From positions 96,001-160,000 of the forward strand of contig CAVSGI010000015.1 in assembly GCA_963727445.1 (NCBI GenBank): 64,000 bases of DNA, written 5' to 3'. A model generated the notes under the pieces. It worked only from the letters and a program-made list of their open reading frames with translations, did not search any database and was not told the DNA's origin. The position numbers and the translations under genes are program-made. Positions 57,924-64,000 of this stretch are shown piece after piece. This DNA comes from an uncultured delta proteobacterium. GTDB taxonomy: Bacteria > Myxococcota_A > Polyangia > Polyangiales > B10-G4. Numbering within the stretch: position 1 is the first letter of the stretch; each line of letters begins with the position of its first letter.

Positions 57924-57939
57924 AGCAACAGACGTGCCA
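57924..57939 (-). promoter_or_regulatory. Sigma54 -24/-12 promoter
   Basis: Minus strand TGGCACG-TCTG-TTGCT, a perfect consensus about 27 nt upstream of ATG 57897. Confidence 0.85.
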
Positions 57940-57957
57940 TTCCGAGGCGGCCGGATG

Positions 57958-58014
57958 TCGCGGGTGACCCGCGAACAGCGCCGCTTTTCGTGTCGAGATG
58001 CCACGATCGTGGCA
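57958..58014. promoter_or_regulatory. Two perfect palindromes, candidate regulator binding sites
   Basis: TCGCGGGT-G-ACCCGCGA (57958-57974) and TGCCACGA-TCGTGGCA (57999-58014), upstream of the sigma54 promoter. Confidence 0.5.
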
Positions 58015-58070
58015 GTTCACGACAGCTCCGCGTCGCCCGCTCGTCCCGCATTTCGTGTGATGCTCTGGGC

Positions 58071-59721
58071 GTGGCTCTGGACCGCGAGGCTGCCAGCGAA
58101 TGGTTGGGTGAAGTCGTCGGGGCGGGTCGCTATCGGCTCGAGGCCGTCCTCGGCGGCGGCGGGATGGGGGTCGTCTTCGGTGCGCGCGACCTGCGCGACC
58201 AGCGCAGAGTCGCCCTGAAGCTGCTCCACCCCGACCTCGACGAAGAGGGAAAGTACGCCGCGAGATTTCGCCGCGAGGCGGAGCTCGCCTCGGCGGTGGA
58301 GCATCCACACATCGTGCGCCTGCTGGACTCAGGCGCAGGCGAAGGCGAGGCCCCTTTCCTCGTGATGGAGCTCCTCGAGGGCGAGTCCCTCGACGCACGG
58401 ATTCGAGCGGGAAAGCGCGCTCGACACGGCGTTCGTCGTGCAGATCGGCCGCGAGATCGCGTCGGCGCTCGATGTCGTCCACTCCATCGGAGTCATCCAC
58501 CGCGACCTCAAGCCGGCCAACGTCATGCTGGTGGAACAGGGCGGGACCGAGCACGCGAAGGTCGTCGACTTCGGCCTGGCACGCCTGATGGAAGGGCGGG
58601 GCTACGAGAAGCTCACGAGGACCGGGCAGGTCGTGGGCACGCCCGCCTACATGGCGCCGGAGCAGCTCTTCGGAGGACGGATGGACGAGCGCACCGACGT
58701 CTATGCGCTCGGCGCGCTGCTCTACACCGCGCTCGCCGGAGGCCGGCCCTACTCGGGCGAGCCCGCCGAGCTTCTCGCGAAGGTCCTCGCCGGCGAGCAC
58801 CGGAGCCTGCGCGAGGTCGCTCCGCTGGTCCCGCCCCGACTCGCCGAGATCGTCGAGCGCGCCATGTCACCCGAAGCGGCGGATCGCTTCGCCACGATGG
58901 GCGAGCTCGCGGACGCCCTGTCGTCGCTCGCCTCCGGGCCGCTGTCCTCCCTCGTCGGATGGAAGCCCGCCGTGCCCATCGAGACGCTGAGGCAACGGGC
59001 GGAGAGGCTCGAGCAGCCACGAGACGAGCCGCCGCCCGAGAGCCCCGTCACCGTGGTGAGCTCCCCGCCTCGACCGTCCCGCCGCGTCTTGCTGCTCGCC
59101 GGATTCGCGGCCGCGCTCCTCGGCGCGTTGGTGGTCGGCGCCGTCCTCTTCTTCGCGGGGCCGAAAGGCGCCTCGGTGGTCGCGGTTTCGGACGGTCCCG
59201 TTCTTCCTGCCGTGACTCCGGTGTCCGTGGTGGAGGATGCCGCGATCCAGCCGCAGGATGCCTCCCCGCCCGATGCGACCGACGACGGTGAGAAGCGCCG
59301 GGGCGCCGCGAGCAGCGAGGCGCCCGAGGTCGCACGCGTTCACCGGCGACAGCCGCCACCTTCCTCGGCGCCGCAGCATCACGACGCGGGATCAGCGTCG
59401 CGCATCCGGATCTCCATCGTTCACATGGAGCGAGACGAAGCGCTGTCGGAGGCGAGCATCCGGCGGGGTTTCGCGCGCCAACGGGGCGCGATCGAACGTT
59501 GCCTGGCTGGGCTTTCGTCGCTGCCGCCGCGGCCCCTCGAGGCCGAGGTCTCTCTGGGAGTGGCCGAGAACGGAGCGGTACCCGGTTTCGGCGGGCACTT
59601 TCCGAATGGTGCTCATGGGTGCTTCAGCAGTCTCCAAGACGAACGGTACTCGCGTCGGCCATCGCCGCGGCCGACGGCGACCGTCCGGATCACCATCAGC
59701 ATCGAGGACGCTGGTGAGTAG
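58071..59721 (+). CDS. Transmembrane Ser/Thr protein kinase; apparent +1 frameshift near 58402
   Basis: GGGGMG, VALK, LVMELLEGE in one frame; HRDLKPAN, DFG, GTPAYMAPEQ in the next; TM; paralogue of 7858..9936. Confidence 0.9.
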
Positions 59722-59795
59722 ACGCGGGCGCGATCGCCTCATCGGCCCTTAATGAAGGGCGTGACGATTCTGTATGGACCTGTCGGAGAAGGCCC

Positions 59796-60776
59796 ATGCA
59801 CCCATTCGACTCCGCGCGATTTGCTTCCCTCTGTCTCGGGCTCGCCCTGACGCTCGCCGCCGGTTGCCACGATGGCTCCCGAAGCCGCGGTCCCGACCTC
59901 GTCCCCCCGACCGACGCCGGCGCCACGAGCGACGCCGCGACCGACGACGCCGAGGTCGTGACGCCGCCCGACGGAGGTGCCGACGCCTCCATCGCCTGCG
60001 CCCTGGGTCCGGAGGACGACTGGCCTTCCTGCACCGATGGGTGCAGCAACGACGGCGACCCCTACGTCGACTGCGATGATCGCGACTGTTGCGCCGTCCT
60101 CGCCGACTGCCCGGCGACGACCTGGTGCGGAGGCGGCGAGTCCATGGATGACGCGGGCGCCGCGACATGCACGCCCGGCCCCGAAGACTCGGCGGCGCTC
60201 TGCAGCGACGGTTGCAGCAACGACGGCGACCCGTTCGTGGACTGCGACGACTACGACTGCTGCGACGCGGTCTCTTGCCCGGCGAGCAGCGCGTGCGGCA
60301 CGCGGAGCACCACCCCCAGCGACTTCGTCAGCACCCGAGCGACGGAGTGCGTCGGAAGCGGATCGGTCTGGTACACGTTCTCGGGGGAGAGCTACGAGAT
60401 GGTCACGGTCGCCTTCGCGACGAGCTCGGGCTATCAGGTCTTCGGCTACACGAGGGGAGACATCACCAGCGGCCCCTTTCCACTCACCGGCACCACGGGG
60501 GAGCGACAGGTACGCGTGGCCGACCTCGGCTCGGGCCTGCAGATGGCGCTCTCACGCTGGGGTGGCAGCTCGTGGACGGACAGCGAGGGCGGCGCCGCGA
60601 GCTTCTCGGACAGCACCACCGTGAACCTCGCGACGGACGCCGACGCTCGCTACGCCACCCACGCGTGCGTCGGCTACGTGGAAGGCTCGGCCACCGCACC
60701 GGTGCTCGGCGGCGTCGACTTCATGCACTTCGAGTTCGTGGCGCCGGTGCTCGGCCTCGCGTTTCCGGGGATCTGA
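59796..60776 (+). CDS. Cys/Asp-rich repeat lipoprotein
   Basis: Lipobox LAAGC; two copies of GPED...C.DGCSNDGDP.VDCDD.DCC. Confidence 0.8.
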   Translation: MHPFDSARFASLCLGLALTLAAGCHDGSRSRGPDLVPPTDAGATSDAATDDAEVVTPPDGGADASIACALGPEDDWPSCTDGCSNDGDPYVDCDDRDCCAVLADCPATTWCGGGESMDDAGAATCTPGPEDSAALCSDGCSNDGDPFVDCDDYDCCDAVSCPASSACGTRSTTPSDFVSTRATECVGSGSVWYTFSGESYEMVTVAFATSSGYQVFGYTRGDITSGPFPLTGTTGERQVRVADLGSGLQMALSRWGGSSWTDSEGGAASFSDSTTVNLATDADARYATHACVGYVEGSATAPVLGGVDFMHFEFVAPVLGLAFPGI

Positions 60777-60847
60777 AGAAGCTCGACGGACGGTGTCGGC
60801 GGGAAGGCGGTTGGCTTCCGTGGAAGCTGGAAACGAGACCGCTGAGT

Positions 60848-62521
60848 GTGCATCCTGTCCTCGTGACGTCCACAGCGGCGCCCCTTCACACCCCGCATCT
60901 GCTCACAGCATGCGGCCTCGTCCTCGGGCTGACCGCCGTCGGCTGTCACGGCTGTGACGACTCCCCTCGCGCGACCGATGCCGGAGACGCTCGGCCCCCC
61001 GTAGACGCGGCGGGTGACACCGGAGCCGCCCCGGAGAACACCCTCGCGGCGTGCATGGATGGTCGCGACAACGACACCGATGGACGGTCCGACTGCGACG
61101 ACCCGGACTGCGCGGCGTTCTGCGGTCCGGCCAGCTGCACGGTCAGCGACGGGCTCGACGGCACACCTGGGCCCTGCGAGGTACGCGCTCCGCCGAACAG
61201 CTTCGAGCCAGACATCCAGTGGGCTTGGAGCGGCGAGGGCGAGGACGTCCTCAGCGTGGTCATTCCGCTGGTGGCCAATCTGAGCGACGACAACTCCGAC
61301 GGCGCCATCGACCTCTGCGACGTTCCCGACGTCGTGGTGATCGCCTCACCCGGCATTCAGGGTACCCTCCTCGCCCCGGGCCATGTGTACGTGCTGGATG
61401 GCGCGACGGGGGCGATGATCCGGCGCTTCGAGCATCCCGTCAGCCCGGTCGTCCACCCGGCGCTCGGCGACCTCGACGATGACGGGATCCCCGAGATCGT
61501 GGCCTACACACTCGACGACGAGCTCATCTGCTTCGAGCACGATGGCACGGTCAAGTGGACCACGCCGGCGATCGGCGGGAGTTCGGTGGCGCTCGCCGAC
61601 ATGGACAACGATGGAGACGTCGAGATCAGCTACGGGCCAGCGATCTTCGATCACCGTGGCGAAGTGGTGGTCGCGATGGCGCTCGCCAGTTATGGAGGGC
61701 TCGCCACGTTTGCGGACATGGACGGTGACGGAGACCTCGAGCTCGTCATGTCCGGTGGGATCGTCGAGACGGACGGGACCGTCTCCGTGACCTTCGAGGT
61801 AGCTGGACTGTATCCGCATGTGGCTGACTTCGACCTCGACGGCCTGCCGGAGGTGCTCATCACCGGCGTCGACGGGATTCACATGTTCGAGCACGATGGC
61901 GCGCGGATCTTCGGCCCCCTGGTCCCCAGCGGCGCGCCGATGGAGTGGGGTCGGCCTGCGGCGGTGCACAACATGGATGCCGACGCTGCTCCCGAATTCG
62001 TCGTGGCCAACGCCCACCAGCTCCACGTGTTCTCCGCGGATGGATCGGAAGAGTGGAGTGCACCCATCGTCGACGAGAGCGGAGCCGCGGGCGCCACGGC
62101 TTTCGATTTCCTGGGCGATGGCTCGGCCGAGGCGATGTACGCCGACGAAGAGTCGCTCTACGTGTTCGGTGCGATGGGCGATGTCCTGCTAGAGACGCCT
62201 CGCACCAGCGTCACGTTGACCGAATATCCGGTCGTCGCCGACATCGACAACGACGGATCGGCCGAGATTCTCGTCGTCTCCAATCATTTGATCACCGACC
62301 CCAGCGTGCGCTCCGCTCCGACGCTGCAGGCGATCCGAGACGTCGACGACCGCTGGATTCAAGCCCGTCGGATCTGGAATCAGCACACGTACCACGTGAC
62401 CAACGTTCGCGAGGACGGCACGGTGCCGCAGTTCGAAGCGCCTGCCTGGGAAGCGCTGAACACGTTCCGAACGAACGCTCAGATCGAGGGCGATCGCGTC
62501 TGCGTACCCGACCTGATCTGA
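60848..62521 (+). CDS. FG-GAP/VCBS repeat lipoprotein
   Basis: Lipobox AVGC; CMDGRDNDTDGRSDCDDPDC; repeated GDLDDDGIPEI, ADMDGDGDLEL, FDFLGDGSAE, ADIDNDGSAEI; RRIWNQHTYHVTNV. Start is approximate. Confidence 0.87.
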   Translation: MHPVLVTSTAAPLHTPHLLTACGLVLGLTAVGCHGCDDSPRATDAGDARPPVDAAGDTGAAPENTLAACMDGRDNDTDGRSDCDDPDCAAFCGPASCTVSDGLDGTPGPCEVRAPPNSFEPDIQWAWSGEGEDVLSVVIPLVANLSDDNSDGAIDLCDVPDVVVIASPGIQGTLLAPGHVYVLDGATGAMIRRFEHPVSPVVHPALGDLDDDGIPEIVAYTLDDELICFEHDGTVKWTTPAIGGSSVALADMDNDGDVEISYGPAIFDHRGEVVVAMALASYGGLATFADMDGDGDLELVMSGGIVETDGTVSVTFEVAGLYPHVADFDLDGLPEVLITGVDGIHMFEHDGARIFGPLVPSGAPMEWGRPAAVHNMDADAAPEFVVANAHQLHVFSADGSEEWSAPIVDESGAAGATAFDFLGDGSAEAMYADEESLYVFGAMGDVLLETPRTSVTLTEYPVVADIDNDGSAEILVVSNHLITDPSVRSAPTLQAIRDVDDRWIQARRIWNQHTYHVTNVREDGTVPQFEAPAWEALNTFRTNAQIEGDRVCVPDLI

Positions 62522-62532
62522 GACGAGCCGCC

Positions 62533-62853
62533 CTACTCTTCGCGGTCGGGCATCCGCGCTTCGATGGCGTCCACGCGCGCGGCGAGCTTCACGAGATCAT
62601 TCTCGATCTGACGGTCTCGGCGCGTGCCCGCCTTGAGCCAGCGTACGACGAAGGTCTGTTGTTGGGCGAGGTCGACCATTGTCAGCTCGAGATGCCCGAG
62701 GCGCTGGTTCGTCTCGTCGAGGCGTGCGTTCGTCACGTCGAGGCGTGCGTTCGTCTCGTCTAGACGACTCGTCAAGTCGACCCGTGTCTCGCGGAGCTCA
62801 TCCCTGATCTCTCGGAGGACTCCGAGCATGAGCGCGTCATCGGTCAACGGCAT
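62533..62853 (-). CDS. Small coiled-coil protein
   Basis: AAGGGAG before ATG; heptads RLDETNA-RLDVTNA-RLDETNQ from a 21-bp DNA repeat. Confidence 0.75.
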   Translation of the reverse strand: MPLTDDALMLGVLREIRDELRETRVDLTSRLDETNARLDVTNARLDETNQRLGHLELTMVDLAQQQTFVVRWLKAGTRRDRQIENDLVKLAARVDAIEARMPDREE

Positions 62854-62868
62854 CTCCCTTCGATTCTA

Positions 62869-62896
62869 ACGCCCGGCCCCAGGCGGGGCCAGGCGT
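62869..62896. terminator. GC-rich hairpin between two minus-strand genes
   Basis: ACGCC-C-GGCCCC-AGGC-GGGGCC-A-GGCGT; no long U-tract. Confidence 0.3.
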
Positions 62897-62940
62897 CCCG
62901 TTATCGACGCCGCATCTCTGCGGTTGCGTCCGCGACGGGG

Positions 62941-63999
62941 CTACTGGGCGAGCTCGCGGATCTCGATCTGGTACTGGCCGGTCTCGCCTGCGCGGTAGCT
63001 GTTCGCCCACACCGCGTACGCGCCGTCTCGGGGAGCGGTCCAGACGAGGCGGCTGTCGGTGCCGAAGGCGTCGTCGTTGGCGGCGATGCGCTCATCGGTC
63101 GCCGGATCGACGAGGAGCAGGTAGGTGTCGAAGTCCTCGCTGCGCATGGTGGCGACGTAGGTGTTTCCGCCCGTGACCTCGAGCGGGTAGGCGTCGTAGA
63201 AGCTGCCGTCGCGTGCGGTCTCATCGCCCTCGGCGAGAAGGCCGGTGGCGTGGACGCGCTCCTCGCCGGAGAGCTCCGTGGTGACCGAGAGGGTGTAGGG
63301 GCCGCCGCTGCTCTCGGACGCGGTGTTGGCGATGACATGCACCAGGCCGTCGCTCGTGGCGTCGTAGACGGTGCGGGCCTCACCGACGACGTCGGTGGAC
63401 TGGCTCTGCGTGAGGCGACGCCCGTCGTCGTTTTCGACGAAGACCGCCGGACCGAAGCCCTCGGCGCTCATCACCACCACGTAGGTCTCGCCGGCGGTCA
63501 CGCGGAGCGCGTAGCTGTCGTAGAGCGTGTCGTCCTCGTAGTAGAGCGCGTCCTCTCCCTCGCGAAGGAAGCCTTCGGTGGGCGCATCGGCCACGAGGAG
63601 AGGATCGCCTTCCACACGCGCCGACAAGAGGTAGTTCCCACGTCCGGTGTCGCGCTCGCTCGTGACCAGGACGTCGTATGTGCGCGCCTCGGGCGACGCG
63701 TCTATCACCACCTCGGCGCTCCGGCCGAGCCCGGGGGCGTCGTGACTGGTCATGAGCTCGAAGCCGCCTTCGTCGCGCAGGACCAGGACTGGATCGAAAT
63801 CGGCGGAGCGCAGCGTCAGGACGTAGGTGGTGTCGGGGGCCGCTTGGAAGGGCACGCGATGAAAGGCGCTGCCTTCTTTGGGGCGGCGATCGTCGTCGTC
63901 CGTCAGCTCGTCCTCGCGCGCGGCGCCGACGCCGAAGGCGGGTGTGACGGGTGGGGCGACGAGCGCTGCTCCCGCATCGCCTTCCGCACCTTCGCTGGG
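62941..63999 (-). CDS. Protein with tandem PPC (pre-peptidase C-terminal)-like domains; 5' end outside window
   Basis: Three repeats such as YVLTLRSADFDPVLVL and YVATMRSEDFDTYLLL...NDDAFGTDSRL...GQYQI; frame open to the window edge. Confidence 0.8.
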   Translation of the reverse strand, partial: PSEGAEGDAGAALVAPPVTPAFGVGAAREDELTDDDDRRPKEGSAFHRVPFQAAPDTTYVLTLRSADFDPVLVLRDEGGFELMTSHDAPGLGRSAEVVIDASPEARTYDVLVTSERDTGRGNYLLSARVEGDPLLVADAPTEGFLREGEDALYYEDDTLYDSYALRVTAGETYVVVMSAEGFGPAVFVENDDGRRLTQSQSTDVVGEARTVYDATSDGLVHVIANTASESSGGPYTLSVTTELSGEERVHATGLLAEGDETARDGSFYDAYPLEVTGGNTYVATMRSEDFDTYLLLVDPATDERIAANDDAFGTDSRLVWTAPRDGAYAVWANSYRAGETGQYQIEIRELAQ

Positions 64000-64000
64000 C

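Overview
High-GC bacterial chromosomal segment with about 50 CDS. The gene content (Ser/Thr kinases, an FHA-sigma54 activator, TIGR02266 and DUF4215 proteins, many Cys-rich lipoproteins, DUF1592/DUF1552 pairs) points to a myxobacterium, probably Polyangia/Sandaracinaceae-like (inference). Conserved genes include a MoxR-DUF58-transglutaminase operon, two histidine kinases, a DegT aminotransferase, an ABC ATPase, a DinG/YoaA helicase, a rhomboid protease, folK, xseA, aroE and astB. No rRNA, tRNA, CRISPR array or transposase was recognised. The most interesting part is 38.5-55.6 kb: two DUF1592(CxxCH)-DUF1552(Tat) cassettes, each next to a lipoprotein sharing an unnamed repeat domain, beside a divergent Ser/Thr kinase / FHA-enhancer-binding-protein pair flanked by sigma54-type promoters. 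Other signals are a DnaA-box-like cluster at 16.9 kb, a single-strand GNA-triloop hairpin element at 14.1-14.4 kb, a Cu/Zn-SOD homologue lacking most metal ligands behind a perfect sigma54 promoter, a sigma54-type AAA+ protein without GAFTGA or HTH, a degenerate/intact histidine kinase pair, and a recurrent leaderless promoter layout. Six single-base insertions break four genes and are most likely assembly errors. All family calls come from motif recognition by eye, not database searches.
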